A stretch of 64,000 nt of DNA from Pseudobdellovibrionaceae bacterium (GTDB lineage Bacteria; Bdellovibrionota; Bdellovibrionia; Bdellovibrionales; Bdellovibrionaceae). The DNA lies in the NCBI GenBank assembly GCA_044359815.1, contig JBIKLL010000007.1, positions 1-64,000 of the forward strand, read 5' to 3'. The notes under the pieces were generated by a model. The model searched no databases, was not told the DNA's origin, and was given only the letters and a program-made list of their open reading frames with translations. Of the stretch, positions 29,789-38,648 are shown one piece after another. The translations under genes were made by a program, and so were the position numbers. Positions within the stretch are counted from its first letter, which is position 1. Each line of letters begins with the position of its first letter.

Positions 29789-30325
29789 ATGTACGCAATT
29801 ATTCAAACAGGTGGTAAGCAATATCGCGTTAGACCCGGCGATGTTATTCGAGTGGAAAAACTTGATCACAAATTGGGCTCTGAATTTGAACTGTCAGATG
29901 TTCTTTTAATTGGTGGTGAAAAACAAACCATTGGAACACCAACAGTAAAAAACGCGAAGGTTACTTTAGTTGTGACCAAGCAAACTAAAGATCGCAAAGT
30001 CATTATTTTCAAAAAGAAAAGACGACAAGGTTACAGAAGATTTAAAACTCACAGACAGCCTTATACAGAGTTGTTTGTGAAATCGATCGTTATGGACGGC
30101 CAATCAGCAAAAGCTGAAGGTCAGCCAAACGTTGTTGATGTGGATAAGGTCAGAATGGACAGAATCCATGCTCGAAGCAATCCTGAGAATAAAGCTCAGG
30201 AATCTTCTGAGGAAACAGCTACTAAACCAGTTAAAAAAGTAGCAGCCAAAAAATCAACTTCGAAAGCAAAAAAACCAACCAAGAAAAAAACAGCAGCTAA
30301 GAAAGCTAAAAAAACTAAGGGGTAA
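29789..30325 (+). CDS. rplU: 50S ribosomal protein L21 with a C-terminal extension ending in a Lys/Ala-rich tail
   Basis: MYAIIQTGGKQY...FKKKRR...HRQPYT. Confidence 0.97.
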   Translation: MYAIIQTGGKQYRVRPGDVIRVEKLDHKLGSEFELSDVLLIGGEKQTIGTPTVKNAKVTLVVTKQTKDRKVIIFKKKRRQGYRRFKTHRQPYTELFVKSIVMDGQSAKAEGQPNVVDVDKVRMDRIHARSNPENKAQESSEETATKPVKKVAAKKSTSKAKKPTKKKTAAKKAKKTKG

Positions 30326-30328
30326 GTC

Positions 30329-30589
30329 ATGGCAAGTAAGAAGGCCGGTGGTTCGACCAAAAATGGTAGAGATTCGCAGAGTAAAAGATTAGGCGTTAAA
30401 AGATTCGGTGGTCAGGCGATTAAAGCTGGAACCATCATTGTAAGACAAAGAGGAACTAAATTTTATCTAGGCAACAACGTTCGCATGGGTCGTGATTTTA
30501 CGATTTATTCAATTATTGACGGACTTGTTAAATTTGAACGCTTTAATAAACAAAAGTTTAAAGTAAGCGTTTATCCAAAATCAGCCTAG
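30329..30589 (+). CDS. rpmA: 50S ribosomal protein L27
   Basis: [24 protein letters not shown]. Confidence 0.98.
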   Translation: MASKKAGGSTKNGRDSQSKRLGVKRFGGQAIKAGTIIVRQRGTKFYLGNNVRMGRDFTIYSIIDGLVKFERFNKQKFKVSVYPKSA

Positions 30590-30635
30590 ACTCAGCTAAA
30601 GCGGCACCGCTGCCTTTGGTAAAAGGGGTCTGATT

Positions 30636-31667
30636 GTGAAATTCATAGATGAAGTCATAATCCGAGTCTCCTCTGGCAAAGGCGGACCCGGATTAGTAAG
30701 CTTTAAGCGCGAATCAATGAATCCTCGTGGTGGACCCGACGGCGGTGATGGCGGCAAGGGTGGGGATTTAGTTCTGAAGTCTGATCCTCGTGTAAACACA
30801 TTGATAGATTATCGAAAAAACAAACTCTATAAAGCTCAAGACGGTCAGTCAGGCGGAGATTCCAATCGCACAGGTGCGAATGGTGAGGACTTAGTTTTAT
30901 TAGTTCCACCTGGAACCTTGGTAAAAAACATAAATGAACAAGTGATAGTGGATATGACGGATTTAGATCAGTTTTCTTTGCTTAAAGGTGGCAGGGGTGG
31001 CAAGGGCAATTGGTTTTTTAAAACCAGTATCAACCAAGCCCCGGATCGAGCCCAGCCTGGAGAGCCTTTTCAGGAAATGGAAGTTAAATTAGAATTGAAA
31101 ATTCTAGCCGACGTGGGAATCATCGGTTTTCCCAATGCTGGAAAATCAACTTTGATTTCACGAATTTCGGCAGCAAAACCAAAAATCGCAGATTATCCCT
31201 TTACTACCTTGCATCCGAATCTGGGTGTTGTGCAAGCCCGTGAATTCCAATCCTTTGTGGTTGCCGACATCCCGGGTTTAGTTAAAGGCGCTTCACAAGG
31301 GGTGGGATTAGGCATTCAGTTTTTAAAACATATCGAAAGAACAAAGTTATTTGTCCATTTGATCGACGTTTCTGGGATGGTACAACAAGATCCCATTCAA
31401 GCATTTGATGATATTAATTTTGAACTCAGTCAGTATGATGAACTCAATAAAACAAAAGAAGGCTTTTTTCCGTTGAGCTCAAGGCCACAGAGAGTGGTTT
31501 TAAATAAAATTGAAACTATCAGTGAAAATGATCTGAAAAATATCGTTGCGGACTTTAAATCCAAGAAAAATATAGTGCCACTGTGTATTTCTGCAGTGAC
31601 TGGAAAAAATATTGATCAATTAGTAAAAAACATCACAGAAGAACTGTTTCAGGAGACTCCAGAATGA
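30636..31667 (+). CDS. obgE: GTPase ObgE/CgtA
   Basis: Gly-rich Obg domain, GFPNAGKS, YPFTT, DIPG. Confidence 0.97.
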   Translation: MKFIDEVIIRVSSGKGGPGLVSFKRESMNPRGGPDGGDGGKGGDLVLKSDPRVNTLIDYRKNKLYKAQDGQSGGDSNRTGANGEDLVLLVPPGTLVKNINEQVIVDMTDLDQFSLLKGGRGGKGNWFFKTSINQAPDRAQPGEPFQEMEVKLELKILADVGIIGFPNAGKSTLISRISAAKPKIADYPFTTLHPNLGVVQAREFQSFVVADIPGLVKGASQGVGLGIQFLKHIERTKLFVHLIDVSGMVQQDPIQAFDDINFELSQYDELNKTKEGFFPLSSRPQRVVLNKIETISENDLKNIVADFKSKKNIVPLCISAVTGKNIDQLVKNITEELFQETPE

Positions 31668-32665
31668 AAATTGGAATTTTTGGGGGAACTTTTAATCCTC
31701 CACACATGGGTCATGTTATGTCTATGCAAACTGTTCAGAAGAAACTGGGTCTGGGCATTGTATACATGATTCCAACCTCTAAAAATCCACTGAAGCTTAA
31801 TACAGAAGGTCCAACGCCCGAGGAAAGATTGCGGATGTGTGAATTGGCTGTGGACAGCTTTAAACCAGCTCTGACAGTGGATGATTTGGAAATTAAAAAA
31901 GGTGGAACAAACTATACAATTGATACTCTGAAGGAGCTTTCAAAACGACATCCCAAGGATGAATTGTTTTTAGTAATTGGTATGGATCAGTTGGAGGATT
32001 TTCATAAATGGAAATCTTGGCAGCAGATTATTGAAATTGGAAATTTAGTAGTAACATCAAGACCTGGTTACGAGCTACCCAGAAAGATGCAGGACCTCCC
32101 ATCATTTTTGCAAAGTGAAGTAGATGAAATGGAATTTAACACTATGGTGTTCAAATCTGGAAAATCTGCCGAATTTATCCAATTGAATGATTTGGATATA
32201 TCCTCATCGCAGATTCGCAAATTTGTTAGAGCTAACAAAAACGTTCAAAAATATTTGCCCCTGAGTGTAGAGACCTATATCAAAGAAAAGAAATTCTATA
32301 GCGGAATCAACAAAGGCATAAATGATTTCAAGAAATTCACTGGTTTTTGCGCCCATATTTTAAATGAAAAAAAGGCTGTTCAAGCTAAGGCCTACGATAT
32401 ACGAAAATCTAATGCCATTGCTGAATTTGCAATAATCACTTCAGGAACTAGCACTCGTCACACAACTGCCTTGTCTGAAAACTTGGTTCAAGCTGTTAAG
32501 GAAGAATTCAACATTTATCCCCAGAATATCGAAGGAACCCAAGAGGGACGTTGGGTGGTTCTGGATTACGGTCAGCTTGTGGTTCATTTGTTTTATGATT
32601 TTGTCAGACAAGAATATTCAATTGAAAAGCTCTGGTCAGATTGTGTGGAACTTGATCTAAAATGA
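31664..32665 (+). CDS. nadD: Fused nicotinate-nucleotide adenylyltransferase (NadD) and ribosome silencing factor (RsfS)
   Basis: N part GGTFNPPHMGH, YTIDT, ISSSQIR; C part KKA...D, SGTSTRH, EG....WVVLDYG..VVHLF....RQEYSIEKLW. Confidence 0.9.
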   Translation: MKIGIFGGTFNPPHMGHVMSMQTVQKKLGLGIVYMIPTSKNPLKLNTEGPTPEERLRMCELAVDSFKPALTVDDLEIKKGGTNYTIDTLKELSKRHPKDELFLVIGMDQLEDFHKWKSWQQIIEIGNLVVTSRPGYELPRKMQDLPSFLQSEVDEMEFNTMVFKSGKSAEFIQLNDLDISSSQIRKFVRANKNVQKYLPLSVETYIKEKKFYSGINKGINDFKKFTGFCAHILNEKKAVQAKAYDIRKSNAIAEFAIITSGTSTRHTTALSENLVQAVKEEFNIYPQNIEGTQEGRWVVLDYGQLVVHLFYDFVRQEYSIEKLWSDCVELDLK

Positions 32666-33102
32666 AATTCGTTTTTGTTCGTGTGACCAATCAGAAATGC
32701 ATCTGGCTCACAGAACTAAGTTCCGAGCTAATTGAAAAAATCCAACATTTTGAATCTGCCCAAGAACATTGGGTCAAAGCCAAGCGGGAACAGGAAACTG
32801 AAGCCATCGAAAAGATCCTAAAGCCACGGGATTATCTGATTTTGTGTGATGAAATGGGCAAGGAATTTACTAGCAAGGGGTTTTCGACCGAGTTAGACAA
32901 AATTAAAAATAAAGGCCCCAGCCGAATTGTCTTTGCAGTTGGTGGAGCCTACGGATTTGACGAAAGCCTTAGATCAAAAGCCAACCTGCAAATAAGCCTT
33001 TCAAAAATGACTTTAAATCACACTGTGGCCTATGCTGTGCTGTTGGAACAGGTCTATCGGGCACTGGCGATTTCTAAAAACCATCCGTATCATCACGAAT
33101 GA
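32662..33102 (+). CDS. rlmH: 23S rRNA pseudouridine-1915 N3-methyltransferase
   Basis: F.VGGAYG, SLSKMT..H, LLEQVYRA, HPYH. Confidence 0.92.
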   Translation: MKFVFVRVTNQKCIWLTELSSELIEKIQHFESAQEHWVKAKREQETEAIEKILKPRDYLILCDEMGKEFTSKGFSTELDKIKNKGPSRIVFAVGGAYGFDESLRSKANLQISLSKMTLNHTVAYAVLLEQVYRALAISKNHPYHHE

Positions 33103-33168
33103 TCCGCTCGGTACCGGATCTTTCAGGGTTTTCTTGAAATCTGGGCCAGCTTTGATGTAACCGAAAAA

Positions 33169-33780
33169 ATGCTTTGTGAGGCCTGCAGTTCATTGTTTGT
33201 AAAAAGATATTCGCTTTGCCATGACTGCAATAGCATTTTAATCAATCAGTCATCTAACCAAACAGACTTTCAGACTTTTAAAACCACAGGGGGTTATATG
33301 AAAGCTTTTGCCCTGTTTAATTGGCGTAAAAATCGACATAAGGTACTGTCATTACTACTGAAATCGTTAAAGGGTGGCGGCAACAAAAAAGTCCTAAAAC
33401 AGTTAGCCGAGGACCTAGTTCTAAGCAAAATTTTGGCACTGGAAGATCGAAACTTTGACTACATTGCTTATCCGCCTTCCAAAAACGGAAAATCTGATCA
33501 CGCTTCTGTATTGGCCCATGAAATTTCAAAACTAATCAACGTACCAACTTACAAATTTTTGCACAGGATCAAGTCCACAGACTCAGGACAAAAAGACAAA
33601 ACAGCTCTAGAGCGACAACAAATTAATTTCAGTGCAGCTGAAAAAATTTCGTGTAAAAACTTATTGATAATTGATGATATTGTCACCACTGGATCCACAA
33701 TCAAGGCCATTCACAATGCCATCTTGCCGAAACATTCTGTGGCAGTGGCAATAGCCTTTCGTAGACATGAAATCACCTAG
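33169..33780 (+). CDS. ComF family protein (Zn ribbon plus phosphoribosyltransferase domain)
   Basis: CxxC...LCxxC at the N terminus, LIIDDIVTTGST. Confidence 0.8.
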   Translation: MLCEACSSLFVKRYSLCHDCNSILINQSSNQTDFQTFKTTGGYMKAFALFNWRKNRHKVLSLLLKSLKGGGNKKVLKQLAEDLVLSKILALEDRNFDYIAYPPSKNGKSDHASVLAHEISKLINVPTYKFLHRIKSTDSGQKDKTALERQQINFSAAEKISCKNLLIIDDIVTTGSTIKAIHNAILPKHSVAVAIAFRRHEIT

Positions 33781-33798
33781 TTGATATAAGCGGGCATC

Positions 33799-34452
33799 AT
33801 GATTTTAAGGGGAGTTTTAATTCTGTTATTCACTGTGCAGGGCTTTGCAAAAACGCAAAAGCCTCAGCAAGATTTTTCGGCGATCAATCAGGCCACCAAG
33901 AGCTTCCGAGATGCAAAAATGATAGAACTAGATATTGAAAAGAAGGTCATCCAGGATCTACTGGGCACAGAAAAAACTTACGTCGGTAAAGTGTTTTATT
34001 CCGAAGGACTGTTCAAGCTAGAAACCTCAGCTCCTGAAAAAACATTTATTTTGTTTGATGGTCGCTGGATCTGGAATGTGAAATATTTTGATCCCGAGAT
34101 TTCTCCACTACCACAGGTCGCCCGCGCAAAAGTCGATAAAAAAACGGAATCTCAAATTGTGTTGGCAAGCCTGATCAGCAACAAGCCCATATCAAATTCG
34201 TTTGAAATTAAATCTGTAACAGTTAAGGGTCCGATCACAATTGTTGTTTTAAATCCTAAAAAGAAAATGGAAGTTAAAGAACTGAAAGTTTCCATCAAAT
34301 CCGAATCTAACGAAATTGAATCGGTGAATTACAAAGATGATTTGAACAATGAAACTGATATTAAGATTATTGCTTCAAAATTTAAAAAAGAAAAAAACAC
34401 GAAAGTATTTAAATTTTCACCGCCTAAAGGCGTTCAGGTTATAAATCTATGA
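33799..34452 (+). CDS. LolA-like outer-membrane lipoprotein carrier
   Basis: Signal peptide, G.V.Y...LFKLE...PE....FDG..IW, F.F.PPKGV.V. Confidence 0.75.
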   Translation: MILRGVLILLFTVQGFAKTQKPQQDFSAINQATKSFRDAKMIELDIEKKVIQDLLGTEKTYVGKVFYSEGLFKLETSAPEKTFILFDGRWIWNVKYFDPEISPLPQVARAKVDKKTESQIVLASLISNKPISNSFEIKSVTVKGPITIVVLNPKKKMEVKELKVSIKSESNEIESVNYKDDLNNETDIKIIASKFKKEKNTKVFKFSPPKGVQVINL

Positions 34453-35822
34453 TTCAAAAAGATGTTCATTTTGTCAGTTTGGGCTGTCCTAAAAATCTGG
34501 TCGACAGTGAAATCATGGCGGGTACTCTTCTGAAAGAAGGCTACAAGGTTTCAGAACAACCCAAGGGAACAGTGATCGTTAATACCTGCGGATTTATCGA
34601 AGACTCTAAAAAAGAATCTGTACAGAAGATTCTGGAAATGATTCAGCTAAAGGAAAGCGGCCAGATTGAGAAGCTTGTCGTTGCTGGCTGTTTGACCCAA
34701 AGGTACAAATCAGATTTATCAAACGACCTGCCAGAAGCAGATTTATTTGTTGGTTCTGGCGAATTTCAAAACATAGCTCAGATTTTAAAGGGTCATGATT
34801 CGGGATCAACCCAACGAGAATTTTTTAATCTGCCGACCTATCTGCAACAAGAAGGAACGCCCAGGGTTAATTCGCAGCCAGGACACAGAGCCTACCTGAA
34901 AATTTCCGAAGGATGTTTAAAGCGATGTGCATTTTGTGCCATCCCAATGATTAGGGGAAATCTGCAGTCACGAAAACTGTCAGGTATATTGGCCGAAGCA
35001 GAAGCCTTGGCTCAGCAAGGTGTTAAAGAGCTTTTGATTATTTCTCACGACTTCACAGATTATGGATGGGACCTTAGGCGCAAAGACAAAGAAGCCATCG
35101 AGACACCGGCCAATTTGCTGAGAGCTCTTTGCTCAGTTGAAGGTATTCAGTGGATAAGACTGTTGTATTTGTATCCAGATGGAGTCACTCCTGAATTATT
35201 GGAAGTGATTAAAACTGAGAAAAAAATTGTTAAGTATTTTGATATGCCATTGCAGCACATTTCTGATGAAATGCTTAAACGAATGAACAGAAAAATGACT
35301 CGCGATGAAATTGAAACAGTCTTACAGAACATTCGTGAACAAATTCCTGAGGCACATATTAGAACACAATTTATTGTGGGATTTCCTGGCGAGACCGAAG
35401 AGCATTTTCAAGAGCTAATTAAGTTTGTAGCGGATCAAAAATTTGATCGAGTTGGTTGCTTTAAATACTCTCCTGAAGAAAATACAGCTGGGGGAAAAAT
35501 GATTGACCAAATTGACGAACAAATTAAAGAAGAGCGCTACAGCGCAATTATGACATTGGCTCAAAAGATTTCTCGTCAGACCAACAAGAAAATGGTGGGA
35601 AAAACTTTGAGAGTTCTGGTCGAGGGGATAAGCGAAGAATCTGAACTTCTGCTGCAAGGCAGATACTACGGACAAGCCCCTGACATAGACGGTGTTGTTC
35701 TGATTAATTCAGGACAAGCTGTAAAGGGGGAGTTTGTGAACGTTAAAATCACTAAAGCATTCGAATACGATTTATTGGGAGAAATAGTTGAATCAGAGAT
35801 TCAGCTGGAGCACAGACCATGA
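34449..35822 (+). CDS. rimO: Ribosomal protein S12 methylthiotransferase
   Basis: SLGCPKNLVDSE, NTCGFI, AYLKISEGC...CAFC, APDIDG TRAM domain. Confidence 0.95.
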   Translation: MIQKDVHFVSLGCPKNLVDSEIMAGTLLKEGYKVSEQPKGTVIVNTCGFIEDSKKESVQKILEMIQLKESGQIEKLVVAGCLTQRYKSDLSNDLPEADLFVGSGEFQNIAQILKGHDSGSTQREFFNLPTYLQQEGTPRVNSQPGHRAYLKISEGCLKRCAFCAIPMIRGNLQSRKLSGILAEAEALAQQGVKELLIISHDFTDYGWDLRRKDKEAIETPANLLRALCSVEGIQWIRLLYLYPDGVTPELLEVIKTEKKIVKYFDMPLQHISDEMLKRMNRKMTRDEIETVLQNIREQIPEAHIRTQFIVGFPGETEEHFQELIKFVADQKFDRVGCFKYSPEENTAGGKMIDQIDEQIKEERYSAIMTLAQKISRQTNKKMVGKTLRVLVEGISEESELLLQGRYYGQAPDIDGVVLINSGQAVKGEFVNVKITKAFEYDLLGEIVESEIQLEHRP

Positions 35823-36352
35823 ATGATTTTTCAATCTTGGTAGCTCAGTGGAGCTCCGCTGGAAACTGTCTTTATCACGCCAACAGTGTGTGTGGAAATC
35901 CCAGTGTAAAACTGGTTGAAATGGTCACTATGGGTGGCAAGTCTCATTTTATATTCAGAGGCACTGAGCAGGCGATCACAGAGGTGTTTCAAAAGTTAAA
36001 CAACTCAAAGGATTGTGAAGCCGTTAGGATGTTTCATTCTTTCGGGGAGAAGATTCTGGAAATTTACTACAGTCTGGTAGTGAATCCTGTTCGCAAAAGC
36101 ATGGCGGTGATTGAAAGCAATTCTTTACCCGATCTTTTTCAAGTTTTGTTTGTGGCCATCGAAAGAAGTTTTGATGTTGTTGATTTTTATTGGCCTAAAA
36201 ATGCTGTTGGCAAAGGCTGCTGCTTGTTAACTGCTACTGACAAATTATCCGAAATCAAAAGTGCACTGGCCGGTTTATCCGTGGAAGTGAATTTTATAGA
36301 CTCAATTTCCAGTGATATTGAACATTATTTTGATCTTACTGCTTCGGAGTAG
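35819..36352 (+). CDS. Hypothetical protein, possibly a divergent tandem-BMC (PduT-like) fold
   Basis: Overlaps the rimO stop (ATGA); two repeats of hydrophobic strand-[W/S]xS-helix...GK-strand; fold call by eye only. Confidence 0.6.
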   Translation: MNDFSILVAQWSSAGNCLYHANSVCGNPSVKLVEMVTMGGKSHFIFRGTEQAITEVFQKLNNSKDCEAVRMFHSFGEKILEIYYSLVVNPVRKSMAVIESNSLPDLFQVLFVAIERSFDVVDFYWPKNAVGKGCCLLTATDKLSEIKSALAGLSVEVNFIDSISSDIEHYFDLTASE

Positions 36353-37313
36353 TTTTTCCGCAAGTTTCTGAAATCTGATCTAATTTCTGTGCTTGTACGT
36401 TGGCCTGGCTGGTCCGCAAAAGGGAAATTCCCTTGCGCAGATCTGTTAATGCCAGCTTATTTGCGTCGCAAGCGTTTTTAAAGGCTTGAACCGCTAAATC
36501 ATATTTTTGAATTTCCAAGCTTGAAAATGCCAGTCCTAGCCAAGCTTCATAAGAAGCACGTCGGATTCTGGTCGCATATCCAAAATGTTTGTTTGCCAGG
36601 ATAAAGTTTTTTTCTTCCATCAAATATTTTGCGAAATGAAATTGAACTTCAAACGATGTTAAAAATTGCTTTGAAATTTTTTGCATCAGCTGCAGTCCCT
36701 CAGCTTTTTTGTCAGTTTGCAGTAAGGTCTGAGCCAAATTTAAATGATTGAGAGGTTCTTTGGGATTGAGCTTTATCCCTTTTTCGCAATACGATTTTGA
36801 CAGATCATAAAGTCCGTCATTTGTTGTCAATGAACACAATTTAGAAATATATTTTGATTTTTCACCAATCTTTGAAACCAAATCTTGGTATAAAAGCCGA
36901 AGCTCGTAATTGTTGTTAGATTTTTCGTAGATGTCGGCCAGTTTGGTATAGGCAGGGACAAAGGTCGGGTTTGATTCGATGATTTCTTTTAAAACCTGCT
37001 TGGCTTCCATTTCTTGATTCATATTCAGTAGCTCCACTGCCAACAATGATTTGGCCTCAAGGTCAGCAGGATTTTTTGATAAAGCGGCTCTATAGACCTT
37101 GGTCGCAGACAGGTGGTTCTTAAGTTTTGAATAACTTTGGGCGAGAAGAATAAGTGGACGTCTATCCAAGCTTTCTATGTAAGGACTTAGAATCTGCTGA
37201 ACTTTTTTGTAGTTTCCGGCAGCAAACTCCTGTTCGGCAGCGGCAAGATCCTGTGCTTTGGCATAGTAGGGTGCCAGTATGAGAAGTAAACAAATGAAAA
37301 AATTTGTTTTCAT
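36336..37313 (-). CDS. Exported tetratricopeptide-repeat protein
   Basis: Signal peptide; repeated helical TPR patterns. Confidence 0.8.
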   Translation of the reverse strand: MKTNFFICLLLILAPYYAKAQDLAAAEQEFAAGNYKKVQQILSPYIESLDRRPLILLAQSYSKLKNHLSATKVYRAALSKNPADLEAKSLLAVELLNMNQEMEAKQVLKEIIESNPTFVPAYTKLADIYEKSNNNYELRLLYQDLVSKIGEKSKYISKLCSLTTNDGLYDLSKSYCEKGIKLNPKEPLNHLNLAQTLLQTDKKAEGLQLMQKISKQFLTSFEVQFHFAKYLMEEKNFILANKHFGYATRIRRASYEAWLGLAFSSLEIQKYDLAVQAFKNACDANKLALTDLRKGISLLRTSQANVQAQKLDQISETCGKTTPKQ

Positions 37314-38136
37314 ATCTGATCAGTCTAAGGGTTTTAACCAACGCGGACAAGCTGTTACGGAATACCTATTGATACTTGTAGTCACTATCGCACTGATTTT
37401 GGCATTGTCGGCTATCATAATAAAACCATTCAGTTCGTTTTTGGAAAACTACATGGGCGCATACCTGGAGTGTTTACTGGATGCAGGCGAATTGCCATCA
37501 TTGGGTTACGAAGTTGGAAATTCAATTTGCAATGAACAGTTTCGTCCCTTTGAACCTGGAACTGGCCGAGCCAGGATTGCAGGTGCAGGCGGTGAAAATG
37601 ATCCGAACTCCAGCGCAAATAGATCTAAATCAAAAAACTCTTCTGGCGACAGAGACTCAAATGCCTCATCTGGTGGTGGAGGAAGTTCAAGGGGTTCGAA
37701 TTCAAGATTCAGAGGATTTGAGCGTGAAGCTCAAAAGGGAGTTGAGGGCAGTGGGGCCGCCAGTTCAGAGGAAAGTTCAGATTCTAACCTAAAAAAGGGA
37801 AAGACCTACAGATCATTTGTCGGAAGATCACAATCAGATTTTTCAAAAAGAACAGTGGCTTCAGGGTTTGGTGGTTTGATTAGGTACGAGCAAGAAAAAA
37901 TTAAAAAGCGAGAGCAAAAAGTAAAGACCATTTCGCTAAATGAAGAACAGCAAGGAAATGCAGCCAAGAAAAAAACGGTTCTGCCTAAGACGCAAAGGAA
38001 AGCTGCAGCTGAGGAGCCTGAAAAGCCCTGGGATTTTTCAATGTATCTGAAGTACTTTGTGCTGATCGCAATTATTCTAGCTATAATATTTTTTGTGGGT
38101 TCTCAGATGCGGCAAGTCTTTAAAGGCCTACAATAG
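37294..38136 (+). CDS. Membrane protein with a Flp/TadE-like prepilin N terminus and a C-terminal TM segment
   Basis: NQRGQAVTEYLLILVV class III-like signal; low-complexity middle; hydrophobic C terminus. Confidence 0.7.
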   Translation: MKKFVFISDQSKGFNQRGQAVTEYLLILVVTIALILALSAIIIKPFSSFLENYMGAYLECLLDAGELPSLGYEVGNSICNEQFRPFEPGTGRARIAGAGGENDPNSSANRSKSKNSSGDRDSNASSGGGGSSRGSNSRFRGFEREAQKGVEGSGAASSEESSDSNLKKGKTYRSFVGRSQSDFSKRTVASGFGGLIRYEQEKIKKREQKVKTISLNEEQQGNAAKKKTVLPKTQRKAAAEEPEKPWDFSMYLKYFVLIAIILAIIFFVGSQMRQVFKGLQ

Positions 38137-38261
38137 TAATCCACAGCGATGGTGCGTCTAAAAAATGTACATATAAAAATAAAAGTGAACCCAAACGGAA
38201 TTTTTTAATTGAAACAACCCTGGGTATGCATGAAAGACTCTAATTGTGAGGGGAAATTACA

Positions 38262-38642
38262 ATGGTGGAGGCTGTTGTTCGGTTAACACCGAATAAGGTG
38301 TTTTCGATTGCAGAAGTGAGGGAAATTCTGCCTATTATTCTGAAAATCACTCAGAACTCTCAAAAGGAAGTCACTCAGTTTTTAAATCAGCTTGAGGCCA
38401 TCAGACAGTTTAATGTCGAAAAGGCTCAAGAGATCGAAAATCTGATTGAGATGACTTTTGAAAAGTGGAAGGACAAGGTTCGGAAGTTAGGTGGTCATCC
38501 AAAGGGAATGTGGTTGGCTGATTTTGATAATGGCCAAGGATATTACTGCTGGAAGTTTCCTGAAACGGAGATTAAGTTTTATCATGGTTATGCAGATGGG
38601 TTTTCTTCTAGAAAACTGGTGGTTCATCCTGTAAATAACTAG
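38262..38642 (+). CDS. DUF2203-like protein
   Basis: FS..E..E.LP, G..PKG.WLADF, YYCWKFPE..I..YHG..DGF..R. Confidence 0.75.
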   Translation: MVEAVVRLTPNKVFSIAEVREILPIILKITQNSQKEVTQFLNQLEAIRQFNVEKAQEIENLIEMTFEKWKDKVRKLGGHPKGMWLADFDNGQGYYCWKFPETEIKFYHGYADGFSSRKLVVHPVNN

Positions 38643-38648
38643 GAACTA

